The notes beneath the pieces were generated by a model. It was given only the letters and a program-made list of their open reading frames with translations, was not told the origin of the DNA and did not search any database. A DNA stretch of 64,000 nucleotides from contig DLQD01000152.1 of the NCBI GenBank assembly GCA_002480015.1, positions 7,517 to 71,516 of the forward strand, read 5' to 3'. Positions 24,612-34,684 of this stretch are shown piece by piece (position 1 is the first letter of the stretch; the number at the start of each line of letters is the position of its first letter). The stretch comes from Opitutia bacterium UBA7441 (GTDB taxonomy: Bacteria; Verrucomicrobiota; Verrucomicrobiia; Opitutales; Coraliomargaritaceae). The position numbers and the translations under genes were made by a program.

Positions 24612-25829
24612 ATGGCTTCCGATACAGCCGATACCGCCACCAAAGACGCTGATCCCAAGGTTCTGGACCTTGAGGTCAAAGATGCACAGATCATTTTTAA
24701 TTCCGTTTGGGCGAGCCTGGAGGATGAATTCGGCGAGGAACAGCTTCGCTTTCCCAAGGAGATTTTTTGGCTCAATGGTGCACCTGGTGCAGGTAAGGGC
24801 ACCAATACCGACTTCATCATGCAGTATCGCGACCTAACCGCGCCCCCGTTGGTCGTCAGTAGTCTGCTCAAGAGCCCCGAGGCGCAGAAGATGAAAGACG
24901 CCGGCATGCTGGTGGGTGATCGTGAGGTGATCGAGATCATGCTGCGTAAACTGCTTGATCCTATCTACAAAACGGGTGCGGTCGTCGACGGTTTTCCCCG
25001 TACCAAGGTGCAGGTCGAGTGCGTCAAGCTTCTCTACCAAAAGCTGATCGAACTACGTCTTAAGTTTAAGGAGACCCTTTTTACCGAGCATTTCAAAAAG
25101 CCCGCCTTCCACATAGTAGTGCTCTTCATCGATGAGAAAGAGAGCGTCAAGCGCCAGGTCAACCGTGGCCTTGAAGCGCAGGCGCATAACGAAGAGGTGC
25201 TGGAATCGGGCGTCGGTGAATTACAGGAACTGCGCCCGACCGACCTAGACCCAGAGGCCGCGCTTAATCGCTATCGTACATTTAAGGAAAAAACCTACGG
25301 TGCCCTTAAGGACCTGCGGGAGATTTTCTTCTATCACTTCATTAATGCACACGGCCCCATCGAAGTCGTCCGGCAGCGGATCGACGAAGAACTCCGCTAC
25401 CAAGGCTCGTTGGAACTCGATGAGGCGACCTACGATCGCATTTCCAGTATCCCCGTCGCCTTCACGATCTCGAAGCACGCCCGTCAGGAACTCGTCGACC
25501 GCCTAGACGCCTACGTCGAGCGCCAGAGCGAGCTCTTTGAAAAAGTCGTCGCGTTGATCAAGAGCGATTTTTTGCCCATCATCGAGCGCCATGCGATTTC
25601 CGGTAGTGCCGTGGTCAACACAGAAGACGGCGTGCTTCATGATCCTGACGCACTTGCCATGCTCATCGACATATTCTCCGAGCGTGGCTACCACGCCATT
25701 GTTGACGTTCATCGCGAAGAAATCCCTGATTCCATCGATCCGAAGACTTTCAAGATCAAGACCCGTATCAAGCGCATCTTCCGAGTCCGCGTTCAGTTCA
25801 AAGGATCCGACATCCGCCGCGGCAGGTAG
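24612..25829 (+). CDS. Adenylate kinase family protein with long C-terminal extension
   Basis: [10 protein letters not shown]-loop, [15 protein letters not shown]. Confidence 0.85.
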   Translation: MASDTADTATKDADPKVLDLEVKDAQIIFNSVWASLEDEFGEEQLRFPKEIFWLNGAPGAGKGTNTDFIMQYRDLTAPPLVVSSLLKSPEAQKMKDAGMLVGDREVIEIMLRKLLDPIYKTGAVVDGFPRTKVQVECVKLLYQKLIELRLKFKETLFTEHFKKPAFHIVVLFIDEKESVKRQVNRGLEAQAHNEEVLESGVGELQELRPTDLDPEAALNRYRTFKEKTYGALKDLREIFFYHFINAHGPIEVVRQRIDEELRYQGSLELDEATYDRISSIPVAFTISKHARQELVDRLDAYVERQSELFEKVVALIKSDFLPIIERHAISGSAVVNTEDGVLHDPDALAMLIDIFSERGYHAIVDVHREEIPDSIDPKTFKIKTRIKRIFRVRVQFKGSDIRRGR

Positions 25830-25998
25830 CCGTGCGTGCCGCTCTGCTGCGCGGAATGAAAGTGAAGGTGCGTTCTCAGCGAGAACTCCCTCGCCGGTCT
25901 TTCTTTTCTCAATGAGGAAGAGTTTCCGCGCGCACTTTTCAAAGTATTTGTGAATAGGCGGATAATGTGTGATTCGAAGCATGTGCTTGCGACTCACG

Positions 25999-26802
25999 TC
26001 AAAGTGCCAGCCAAATCGTTGCTGGCACCAGAAGGCTGAGATCCGCCAGCACACGGAAGGTCTCGACTGGGATGCGCCGTCGCAAGAGATGTATAATCCC
26101 GAGCGCGAGAAAGCCGATGCTCAAAGCGATAGCGCAGGGCGGCGCGACTATGGTGACTAGGAGGTGCAACGACAACGCGCTCACCCCTAACCAACGCTCC
26201 GCCACGACGGGGGCAATCGAGTGGACCCGCATCTCTGCGTCGATCGCTTTCTCCATCGCCCCTATGATCAGGCAGTTTAACATACAGAGCAGCGCGAAGA
26301 AAATGATGAACCCCATCGGAATTGCCGCCGCATCGAAGACCACGACCCCGCCAGTGAAGATTAGGGCCACGCAGATTTCCTTTGGGAAAAAGCGCCGCGA
26401 CAACTTTTGGTTGAGTGCTGTGTAAACGAGGCACACAGACAGCAGCCACGCGCCTGCCTGCAGTTGTTCCGTCCTTAACCCGAGTAGGGCGATGGTCAGA
26501 TCCACGACTAGGACACCCGCCCAGGCCCGCCAGAGCGTGCGTGTGTGCCGCTTGGCGAAACTGTGCCGCGCCGAGAGTAGCTGCCGTGCTGGGCGGCGGG
26601 CTACATCGATGAGCCGGTCGGCCGTGTAGGTCAACCAGACCGATAGCCCCAGCACCCCACAGGCGGCTGGGCTCATCGGCAGCTCCAGCGCATTGGCCAG
26701 CGCTATCTGCCAGACCACCGCGATCAAAGCGGCGTCGAGTGCCAGCAGGTTCGGCCATTGCCAAATTTGGATGTTCGGTCTGTCAGGCACGTAGGCTTTC
26801 AT
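25999..26802 (-). CDS. Multi-pass membrane protein (UbiA prenyltransferase-like)
   Basis: About 8 hydrophobic helices and 'VWLTYTADRLID' Asp motif. Start placed at MKAYVP. Confidence 0.6.
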   Translation of the reverse strand: MKAYVPDRPNIQIWQWPNLLALDAALIAVVWQIALANALELPMSPAACGVLGLSVWLTYTADRLIDVARRPARQLLSARHSFAKRHTRTLWRAWAGVLVVDLTIALLGLRTEQLQAGAWLLSVCLVYTALNQKLSRRFFPKEICVALIFTGGVVVFDAAAIPMGFIIFFALLCMLNCLIIGAMEKAIDAEMRVHSIAPVVAERWLGVSALSLHLLVTIVAPPCAIALSIGFLALGIIHLLRRRIPVETFRVLADLSLLVPATIWLAL

Positions 26803-27053
26803 TTCCTGGAGGGATTGCGGTAGGGGGGCTGCCGTAGGCGGGATGGCTTGTAGCCCATCGGTATCCGTTCGACTTTTATGCAGACAGGGCGCGGACAGGC
26901 AAGCTCTCGCCATTACGAAGCGTTCAGGGTGCTCTGTAGCGATGCGACGCGATATCTCGTCAATGTCCTACACGGTTTCCATCTCCAAGCTTTCGTTATG
27001 CATAAAGATATTCGGCTTTGCCATTCTCTTTGCAGCCGACAATCTCCACTTTC

Positions 27054-28049
27054 ATGCTGTCAACCTCGGCGAACAGTTCCACTGAAACCGCACCGAAACG
27101 CTCGAAGATCGGGCCGCTCGCGCTCGCGCTGTTGATTCAATTGGGGCTGCTCTTCCTTGCTGTCTTCGTCGTCGTCCTCGTGCCCGATTTCAAGTCCGAC
27201 CCCGAATTCGTCGCGCGCAAGAAAATATACCTCCCGCAAAAGGAACTGGAGCACAAAGTCGCCCTTGCCGAATTCCAAAACGCTGCCAGCTCGCCCATGC
27301 AGATGGAGCGTATCAGCACCCAGGCGCTTCTGCCTGAGGCCATGCCTACGCTCCCGCAGATGCCGCAGAGCGACTTTAACCCGATCGAACGCAACCCCGC
27401 CGCACTCCAGTCCGATTCCCTGCTCGGCCAGTCTGGTGTGCTCGGAGCACTCCAGGGCCTGCAGACTGGCAGCTCCTCCGCCTCCCTCTTCGGTATTGAG
27501 GACACCGGCCAGCGCATCCTCATCCTCTTCGATAATAGCTCCAGCGTCTGGAACAAAGCGAGCAAAGCGGGCGTGACCACCGCACGCTTCATCAAAGAAC
27601 TTTCTGCCCTGATTGATGGCCTTAATGCCAATACCCAGTTCGCCCTCGTACCATTTTCCCGCAGCGTGGGTTCCTTTCGTGATTATATGATTGCCGGCGG
27701 CGCTCGTAACAAGCGCGCGGCCAAAGCTTGGATCACTGAGAAAGTGCGCACCCAGTCGCTCACCACCCAACTGCCCCACACGGCCGACGGTGTGCAGGGC
27801 GCGCTCTCCGTCGCCTTCCAAATGGAGCCCGATGTCATTTTCCTTGTCTCCGACGCCGACTTTCAGCGCAACCGGCCCCGCCAGGGCGATGTTCCTTGGG
27901 ACGAGCTAGAACGCACCCTTCGCGATCTGACCCGCGAATACGGTATCGAGCCCCGCCTCCACTTCATCGGCTTTCAAGTCGAATCCGGAGCCGCGGACGC
28001 CATGGCAAAAATCACCCGCCGCTACAAAGGGCAGCTCCGTAAACTGTAA
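27054..28049 (+). CDS. Membrane-anchored vWA-domain protein
   Basis: N-terminal TM helix, MIDAS-like 'ILFDNSSS', 'FLVSD', 'HFIGF'. Confidence 0.75.
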   Translation: MLSTSANSSTETAPKRSKIGPLALALLIQLGLLFLAVFVVVLVPDFKSDPEFVARKKIYLPQKELEHKVALAEFQNAASSPMQMERISTQALLPEAMPTLPQMPQSDFNPIERNPAALQSDSLLGQSGVLGALQGLQTGSSSASLFGIEDTGQRILILFDNSSSVWNKASKAGVTTARFIKELSALIDGLNANTQFALVPFSRSVGSFRDYMIAGGARNKRAAKAWITEKVRTQSLTTQLPHTADGVQGALSVAFQMEPDVIFLVSDADFQRNRPRQGDVPWDELERTLRDLTREYGIEPRLHFIGFQVESGAADAMAKITRRYKGQLRKL

Positions 28050-28122
28050 CCCCAGTCCCCAGCGCAGCGGATGGCTGCAATTTGGAGCTCGGAGTTATCG
28101 ACCTCTTTAAAAGAGTGAGCAC

Positions 28123-28584
28123 CTAGTAGACTTCAAAAATCGCTTGGATCTCGACGGTTGTATCTTTGGGCAGACCTGTCACGGCGACGGCGGCGCGGGT
28201 GTGGCGGCCTCGGTCGCCGAGGATATCGACGAGCAGGTCGGAGGCGCCATTGATCACAGCGGGACTGTCGGCGAAGCCGGGCACACCGTTGACGAAACCG
28301 TTGAGCTGCACGACGCGGCTGATCTGATCCAAGTCGCCGAGTTGGCCTTTGGCCACGGCGAGTAGATTGAGTGCGCAGACGCGGGCGGCTGCCTGACCGT
28401 AGGCGATGTCACGCGACTCGCCGATTTTGCCCGTATGCGTCATCTCGCCGTTGACGAGGCAGATGGCGCCAGAGAGATAGAGCAAGTTGCCAACCTGCAT
28501 GCAGGCGACGTAGTTGCCCGCAGGCGCGGGTGCGGCTGGGAGTGTAATGCCGAGTTCGGCGAGGCGTGCATTCGTTTGACTCAT
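28123..28584 (-). CDS. RidA/YjgF family protein
   Basis: PAPAGNY, NGASDLL, GRHTRAAVAV, VEIQAIF. Confidence 0.92.
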   Translation of the reverse strand: MSQTNARLAELGITLPAAPAPAGNYVACMQVGNLLYLSGAICLVNGEMTHTGKIGESRDIAYGQAAARVCALNLLAVAKGQLGDLDQISRVVQLNGFVNGVPGFADSPAVINGASDLLVDILGDRGRHTRAAVAVTGLPKDTTVEIQAIFEVY

Positions 28585-28630
28585 GAGTTATTAATGGTGG
28601 GTAGTGCGGTGTCAGTGGCTAGTTAATAAT

Positions 28631-29944
28631 TCACTCTTCACTATTCTTTCCGTAGGGAAGCTCCCCTTCCGTTGCGGCGATGACAACGGCACCAACGGTG
28701 TCGGAGAAGACGTTCACGCTGGTGCGGCACATGTCGAGTATGCGGTCGGTCAGCCAAACGACGCCGATGGCTTCGACCGGTAGGCCGACGGCGGGGAGGA
28801 TGACGGCGATGGCGACGAGGCTTGCGGCGGGGATGCCGGCCACGCCGATGCTGGTGGTGAGTGCGAGGACGACGACAAGCAGTTGATCGCCGATCCCTAG
28901 TGCGATCTGTCCGGTCGAAGCGTAGAGCTGTGCGATGAAGAGCACGACGACGCATTCGTAGAGGGCGGTGCCATCCATATTGACGGTGGCACCGAGCGGC
29001 AGGGTGAAGGAGCAGGTCTTGTTGGAGACGCCGGCGCGCTCTTCAACGATTTCCATGGTCAGCGGCAGGGTGGCGGATGAGCTAGCAGTCGAGAAGGCAG
29101 TCAGAAGCACGGGCGCCATTTCCTTGTAGTGGGTCAGGGGGTTGACCTTACCGACGAATTTCAGAACGAGCGCAAGATTGATCGCAAAGTGAAGCGCCAG
29201 GGCAAGCAGTACAGTGATGAAGAACCAGGCCAGCGTTCCGAAGAGGTCGGCGATATGGGTCTCGAAAATGACAGGGACGACGAGGCCGAAGACACCAATC
29301 GGAGCGAAGCGGATAATGAAGTCGGTCAGCTTGAGCATGACCTCTTGGGCGCTCTCCCAGAATTTTTGCTGCGTCGTGCGCTGCTCAGGTTTAAGTTTAC
29401 CAATGAAGGCCCCGAAGAGAATTGAGAAGGTGATGACCCCCAGCAGCTGTCCGTTGTTAGTGGCGGCGTCGACGATGTTTGAGGGAAACATGCGGAGGAA
29501 GATCTCAAAAAGATCGCTGGAACTGCGGCCTTCGACTTTGCTCATGAGCCCTTGGCTGATGGAAGTCTCCGCTCCGGAACCGAGCATGCCTGCCGCGGTT
29601 GCCGCTTCGACCTGGCCGGGCTGGATCAGATTGACCATGATGAGGCCGACGATGACGGCCGCCGCGCCGCTGAAAGTGTAGTAGAGAAAGGTTTTAAAGC
29701 CCATGCGTCCGACGCCTTTTTCCGCACCAAGGTGCATGACACCGCTGATGATGGAGGCCACGATGAGCGGCACGATGACCATCTTCAGCGCGTTCATGAA
29801 CAGCTTCCCAGTAAATTGGCAAAATCCGATGAAGCCGTAGCTAAAGCCTTCGCCCGTGTTCGGGAGAATGAACGCGCCGAAGAGCGCAGCGAGCGCGAGG
29901 GTGAGCAAAATTTGCCAATGGAGCTTCCAGCGAATCGGGTTCAT
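28631..29944 (-). CDS. Dicarboxylate/amino acid:cation symporter (GltP/DAACS)
   Basis: AFSTASSSATLP, NMDGTALY, DRILDMCRTSVNV. Confidence 0.95.
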   Translation of the reverse strand: MNPIRWKLHWQILLTLALAALFGAFILPNTGEGFSYGFIGFCQFTGKLFMNALKMVIVPLIVASIISGVMHLGAEKGVGRMGFKTFLYYTFSGAAAVIVGLIMVNLIQPGQVEAATAAGMLGSGAETSISQGLMSKVEGRSSSDLFEIFLRMFPSNIVDAATNNGQLLGVITFSILFGAFIGKLKPEQRTTQQKFWESAQEVMLKLTDFIIRFAPIGVFGLVVPVIFETHIADLFGTLAWFFITVLLALALHFAINLALVLKFVGKVNPLTHYKEMAPVLLTAFSTASSSATLPLTMEIVEERAGVSNKTCSFTLPLGATVNMDGTALYECVVVLFIAQLYASTGQIALGIGDQLLVVVLALTTSIGVAGIPAASLVAIAVILPAVGLPVEAIGVVWLTDRILDMCRTSVNVFSDTVGAVVIAATEGELPYGKNSEE

Positions 29945-29965
29945 GTAGCAGTGGAGAGTGGAGAG

Positions 29966-30799
29966 TTAGGCGATGTGCTTCGTCAGGCCCTGCCAATGTT
30001 CTATTGGTAGGTCTTCGGGGCGGATGGTGTGCGGGATGCCTTGGTCGAGCAAGCTCTGGAACCAGCGGAGTGCACCGGGTTGCGAGTCGCGTTTACAAAG
30101 CGCACCGAGTTGTTTGCGCCGCTGGGTGAAGATGCGGCGGATGCACTCGCGGGCGGTGGGACCGAATCGGAGGGCGTCGGTTTTGCGATCCAGGCGTAGG
30201 AGAACGGAATCCACTTTCGGCGCAGGGTGGAAGCATTGTGCGGAGACAAGGTGCTTCCCCTTAAGCTCGAAAGCAGATTGCAGAAAAATGGAAATCGCCC
30301 CGAAGGTCTTGCTGCCGTGCGGCGCGGCGTAGCGGTCGCCAGCCTCTTTTTGCAGCATGAGTACCATGCGCTCCGGCAATTGCCCGGCGAGCACGGCATC
30401 CATCCACGGCGTGGAGATGGCATAAGGGAGGTTGGCGACGATCCTATAGCCGCTGGCGGCGCGCTCTGCAGGGAGCCCGGCGAGCGGGTAGTTAAGGCAA
30501 TCACCTTCGATCAAATGGAGCTTCGGATGCCCGGGTAAGATGTTCGTGCGGATGTGCTCGGACAGTGTAGCATCCCGTTCGACCGCCCAGACGCTCGCGC
30601 CACTTTCGAGGATTGCGCGGGTGAGGGTGCCGAGACCGGGCCCGATTTCGACTACGGCGCTCTGCGCGCCGAGTTCGGCTAGTTCGACCGACTTCCGCAC
30701 TATGTTGCCATCGACGAGGAAGTTTTGTCCCAATTTTTTATTGGGAAAGTGCTCTAATTGTTCGAGGAGTTCTCGGGTGGCTGTTGGGCTTAAAGGCAC
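29966..30799 (-). CDS. rsmA: 16S rRNA m6,2A1518/1519 dimethyltransferase
   Basis: KKLGQNFL, EIGPGLG, ANLPY, FHPAPKVDS. Confidence 0.96.
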   Translation of the reverse strand: MPLSPTATRELLEQLEHFPNKKLGQNFLVDGNIVRKSVELAELGAQSAVVEIGPGLGTLTRAILESGASVWAVERDATLSEHIRTNILPGHPKLHLIEGDCLNYPLAGLPAERAASGYRIVANLPYAISTPWMDAVLAGQLPERMVLMLQKEAGDRYAAPHGSKTFGAISIFLQSAFELKGKHLVSAQCFHPAPKVDSVLLRLDRKTDALRFGPTARECIRRIFTQRRKQLGALCKRDSQPGALRWFQSLLDQGIPHTIRPEDLPIEHWQGLTKHIA

Positions 30800-30836
30800 T
30801 TTTTGAAATGCTGAAAGTCTGAGAATTTGAAATGAA

Positions 30837-31634
30837 TTATGCGTTGTGGAAGGCTTGGACGAGTGTTTCGGGGTCTTCGGCTCGCATCAGGGCTTCGCCG
30901 ACGAGGATAGCGTCGGCTCCGCAGGCGCGGGCGCGTTTGGCGTCTTCGAGGTCGAAAATGCCGCTCTCGCTGACTCTAACGATGCCGTCGGGAATTTGCG
31001 GTATCAATCGTTCAGATACGGCGAGATCCGTGTGGAAACGCTTGAGGTCTCGGTTGTTCACACCGACAATTTTTGGGTCGAACTTGAGGACTTTTTCCAG
31101 CTCGCGCTCTTCGTGGATTTCGTAGAGCACGTCGAGTCCAGCGATGCCAGCGGCGTCGCGGAGGGCTTTGATCTCGTCGTCTTCGAGGGCGCGGACGATA
31201 ATGAGAATGCAACGAGCGCCAGCCTCGGCGGCCTCGGCGACTTGAATGGGGTGCACCATAAAGTCTTTCCGCAAGCAGGGCGTCTTGCGGTTGTGGCATT
31301 CGAGAAATTCGACGACATCCCAGAGGTCTTGCAGCGTGCCGCCAAAATAATCGGTGTCGGTCAGGATGGAGAGGCAGTCGGCCTCTGCATTGACGTAGGC
31401 GCGGGCTTGCTCGACGGCATCGAGTTGCGCCGAGGCGATCTCGCCGGCAGAGGGCGACTTGCGCTTGATCTCGGCGATGACCGAGAGTCGGCCTTTGCGG
31501 GCCAGGGCTTTGAAGAAGCTGCCACCTTGGTTCTGCATGCGCCCGAGCCGCTCCAGTTCCTGCTCACGGATGGGGCGGATCTGGTCGCGCAGGGCGTGGC
31601 GCTTGGCGGCCATGATTTCAGTTAATTTATCCAT
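30837..31634 (-). CDS. trpC: Indole-3-glycerol phosphate synthase
   Basis: IAEIKRKSPS, LRKDF, GVNNRDL, SESGI, LVGEALM. Confidence 0.97.
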   Translation of the reverse strand: MDKLTEIMAAKRHALRDQIRPIREQELERLGRMQNQGGSFFKALARKGRLSVIAEIKRKSPSAGEIASAQLDAVEQARAYVNAEADCLSILTDTDYFGGTLQDLWDVVEFLECHNRKTPCLRKDFMVHPIQVAEAAEAGARCILIIVRALEDDEIKALRDAAGIAGLDVLYEIHEERELEKVLKFDPKIVGVNNRDLKRFHTDLAVSERLIPQIPDGIVRVSESGIFDLEDAKRARACGADAILVGEALMRAEDPETLVQAFHNA

Positions 31635-31741
31635 ACTTCAGGTAGAAGGTGTCCGCGCCCAGTGGGAAGTTCAAGCCGGAGTTTTCTTCTTTCAGGGCTA
31701 TTCACTTGAACTTTGTATTTCGAGCTGCGTATGATTGATTC

Positions 31742-32503
31742 GTGTTATACCCCTTTCGCCAACTTCCAATCAATCTTTGCGGATTGCTTTTTCTCGCGTC
31801 TGTCCAGAGTGCTAGCGCTGAGGATGTCTTGCCTTCGCCCATGGATCTACAGCGAGCCTATCTCGAAGCTAACGGAGGTTTGGCCAATATGCAGGCACTC
31901 AGTAGCTTGATTCTGGATGGTGTGATGACGAATGCAGAAGGTGAGGCCTATGAGTTCAAGCTCTATAAAAAGCGCCCAGACTTGATGCGTATGCAAATCG
32001 ATCTCCCTCAGGGGTCGCAGTTGACTGTGTTTGATGGGCGTAGGGGCTTTGAGTTGTTGTCGCGTCGTGGGGAAGCTACTCGACTGGTCGAATTGGACGT
32101 GGACGCATCTGAAAAAGCAAAGTTTGAAGCTGGTATGGACGGCATTTTCTACCACTTGCGTGGTCGATCAGAGTGGCTCGAGGTCGTGTCTGAGGTCGAA
32201 ATTGAAGGCAAGCCGGCATTCGAGATAGTCATTAGTGAAGCGGCGGATTTGCCTTATGAACGGCTATGGATCGGCACAGAACATTTTCAAGAGGTCAAGC
32301 TCCGTCGGAAGGCTTCGTCGGAAGCGGGGAGGGAGTATTTAGAGGAAATTTACTTTTCGGATTTTGAGCAAATCCGCGGTGTCTGGTTGGCGAAGACGGC
32401 GCGATTTGAGCGCGACGGTAACTTCTTCCAAAGTGTATGTATTAATAAGGTGCGGGCGAATGTGGGGCTCTTCGACTCACTCTTTGAGAAGCCGAAGATC
32501 TAG
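31742..32503 (+). CDS. Secreted LolA-like/outer-membrane lipoprotein-sorting-like hypothetical protein
   Basis: Signal peptide, 'ANGG', 'KRPDLMR', 'FSDFEQIRGVWLA', 'NVGLFDSLFEKP'. Confidence 0.6.
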   Translation: MLYPFRQLPINLCGLLFLASVQSASAEDVLPSPMDLQRAYLEANGGLANMQALSSLILDGVMTNAEGEAYEFKLYKKRPDLMRMQIDLPQGSQLTVFDGRRGFELLSRRGEATRLVELDVDASEKAKFEAGMDGIFYHLRGRSEWLEVVSEVEIEGKPAFEIVISEAADLPYERLWIGTEHFQEVKLRRKASSEAGREYLEEIYFSDFEQIRGVWLAKTARFERDGNFFQSVCINKVRANVGLFDSLFEKPKI

Positions 32504-32754
32504 ACCGTATCGATGGCATTCTGTGGGCTATTGGCTGAAACGTATTTAGGCTATCTTAGGCTTGCCCTTGGAACCAGGTATGGGCGCTCCGAGGGGGCTT
32601 CAGCGGGCGTTTGCATTTTGTGCAGTCTACCCCCGGCTGGAGACATGTCTAATACCACTGGTGGTCGGCGTCGAAGCGTGGATGAAAGTATTAGCCGAGG
32701 GCGAAGGTCTCGCGCTGGACTTTGTTGGAACGGCGAGTGATCTTGAATCAGCCG

Positions 32755-32786
32755 AAAAAAAGCCGCCCCAGGATGGGACGGCTCTT
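32755..32786 (-). terminator. sodA intrinsic terminator
   Basis: Minus strand reads AGCCGTCCC-ATCCT-GGGGCGGCT-TTTTTT. Confidence 0.8.
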
Positions 32787-32838
32787 GTGAAGACTACAGC
32801 CAACTGACTGCACAGTCAGTAACTTCTTAGTTCGAGCC

Positions 32839-33465
32839 TTAGGCCTTGGCGTTCTTATAGTTTTCCCCGGCCGCGTTCCAGTCGACTACGTTCCAGAAAG
32901 CCTCGATGTATTTAGGGCGAAGATTCTGATATTTTAGGTAGTAGGCGTGCTCCCAGACATCGAGGCCGATGACGGGCTTGCCTTCGACTTCAGCCACGCC
33001 CTTCATGCAAGGGCTATCTTGGTTGGGAGTCGACGTGACGGCGAGTGAGCCGTCTGCTTTGACGACAAGCCAAGCCCAACCCGAGCCGAAACGTGTGGCA
33101 CCTGCTTTAGCAAATGCCTCTTTAAAGGCATCGATTCCGCCGAGTTCAGCGTCGATCGCTGCGGCTAATTCGCCAGTCGGGGCGCCCCCGCCGTTCGGAC
33201 TGAGAATCGTCCAGAAAAAGCTATGGTTGGCGTGACCGCCGCCGTTATTGCGGACAGCGCCGCGCTTTTCAGCGGGCACTGCAGAGAGGTCGCTGATCAA
33301 TTCGCAGATCGACTTGCTTTCGAGGTCGCTGCCTGCGATCGCGGCGTTTAGATTTGTGATGTAAGCATTGTGATGCTTGCTGTGGTGGATTTCCATCGTG
33401 CGTGCATCGATATGCGGTTCGAGCGCATCGTATGCGTAGGGTAATGCTGGTAGTTCGTGTGCCAT
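32839..33465 (-). CDS. sodA: Superoxide dismutase, Mn-type signature
   Basis: [26 protein letters not shown]. Start placed at MAHELPAL. Confidence 0.95.
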   Translation of the reverse strand: MAHELPALPYAYDALEPHIDARTMEIHHSKHHNAYITNLNAAIAGSDLESKSICELISDLSAVPAEKRGAVRNNGGGHANHSFFWTILSPNGGGAPTGELAAAIDAELGGIDAFKEAFAKAGATRFGSGWAWLVVKADGSLAVTSTPNQDSPCMKGVAEVEGKPVIGLDVWEHAYYLKYQNLRPKYIEAFWNVVDWNAAGENYKNAKA

Positions 33466-33507
33466 GATTGTTTTGTAATTTAGGTTTAGTTTTCTGAAAG
33501 AACCTCG

Positions 33508-33536
33508 ATTGTGAATCGTCCGTCCTGTCCTGTCAA
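33508..33536 (-). promoter_or_regulatory. Sigma70-type promoter of sodA
   Basis: Minus strand reads TTGACA-N17-CACAAT. Confidence 0.75.
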
Positions 33537-33573
33537 ACGAGTGCTTATGAAATCTGTTCCTGCGGATCATACC

Positions 33574-34083
33574 TTAAGTTATCGACTTACGGGTCAGGCG
33601 TTTTTTTTCGAAGAAGGCTTTGAGTATCTCATGGTTGAGTTCTTCGAGGATGCCGCCAGTGGAGCTAAACTTATGGTTGCTCTCAGGCAGTGCACCCAGG
33701 TCAGTCGCGCCGCCGACACAGCCCATTTTCGGATCCGGCAGCCCATAACAGACCTTGCCGATGCGCGCGATGACGAGTGCCCCGGAGCACATCGGGCAGG
33801 GCTCCTTCGTCACGTAGAGCGTGCATTCGTTGAGTCGCCAGTCGCCGAGTGTATTGGCCGCTTGCGAGATCGCGAGAATTTCTGCGTGTGCGGTCGGGTC
33901 GTTGGCTGATCGGGACTGGTTGTGCGCCGAGGCGATGATGCGCCCCTCGTGTTCAATGACCGCGCCGATGGGCACTTCGTCTTTTTTCCACGCTTCGATC
34001 GCTTCATTATAAGCGTGAGTCATAAAGTAGTCAGCATCGCGATTTAATTCGGATGGGTAGAGCTTGTCGAATGGGCAGTCCAT
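33574..34083 (-). CDS. tadA: tRNA adenosine(34) deaminase
   Basis: EVPIGAV, DPTAHAE, EPCPMC, DPK. Start placed at MDCPFDK. Confidence 0.93.
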   Translation of the reverse strand: MDCPFDKLYPSELNRDADYFMTHAYNEAIEAWKKDEVPIGAVIEHEGRIIASAHNQSRSANDPTAHAEILAISQAANTLGDWRLNECTLYVTKEPCPMCSGALVIARIGKVCYGLPDPKMGCVGGATDLGALPESNHKFSSTGGILEELNHEILKAFFEKKRLTRKSIT

Positions 34084-34114
34084 ACGGGATACGGGATACG
34101 GGATGCGGGATGCG
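34084..34114 (+). repeat. (RCGGGAT)4 heptamer repeat abutting the tadA start; G-quadruplex motif
   Basis: GGG-ATAC-GGG-ATAC-GGG-ATGC-GGG. Confidence 0.9.
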
Positions 34115-34176
34115 AAAAATAGTAATGTTTTTTTAAAAAAGAGCTTGTGACCGTATTCGCAACTGTGAATCCGCTT

Positions 34177-34203
34177 ATCACGGATCACGGATCACGGATC
34201 ACA
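34177..34203 (+). repeat. (ATCACGG)n heptamer repeat upstream of infA
   Basis: atcacgg-atcacgg-atcacgg-atcaca. Confidence 0.85.
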
Positions 34204-34267
34204 ACCTGTGAGAGCATCCTTGACTTTCGGAGGTAAAGCGATTGTCTCGCCGCTTTCCTAATTATCT

Positions 34268-34549
34268 ATGGCAAAAGCACAAAGCGAAGAATACGTTGAA
34301 GTTGAAGGCAAAATTGTAGCCGTCCTCCCGGGCACTATGTTTCGGGTCGAGCTGGCCAATGGCCACCAAGTGCTCGCGCACATCTCGGGTAAACTTCGTA
34401 AGCATTTCATTAAGATCACCACGGGTGATACGGTAAAGATGGAAATGAGCCCGTATGATCTGGATAAGGCGCGAATCGTCTACCGCCTTCGTAACGCCCA
34501 AGTCCAGCGAAATGCTCCTAAGCGCAGCTTCGGCCCGCGTCGCCGATAG
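34268..34549 (+). CDS. infA: Translation initiation factor IF-1
   Basis: [29 protein letters not shown]. Confidence 0.98.
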   Translation: MAKAQSEEYVEVEGKIVAVLPGTMFRVELANGHQVLAHISGKLRKHFIKITTGDTVKMEMSPYDLDKARIVYRLRNAQVQRNAPKRSFGPRRR

Positions 34550-34560
34550 CGGATCCGTTC

Positions 34561-34588
34561 AAAAAACACCGCGTAGCGGTGTTTTTTT
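34561..34588 (+). terminator. infA intrinsic terminator
   Basis: AAAAAACACCGC-GTA-GCGGTGTTTTTTT. Confidence 0.88.
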
Positions 34589-34684
34589 GTGCCGGAATCC
34601 CCGATTTCTTGGCTGAACAATGTTGCCACGGCTTGAAATCAGCTTGTGCTGGAGCTACCTTGCTTTTTTAACCGTAACTGAATT

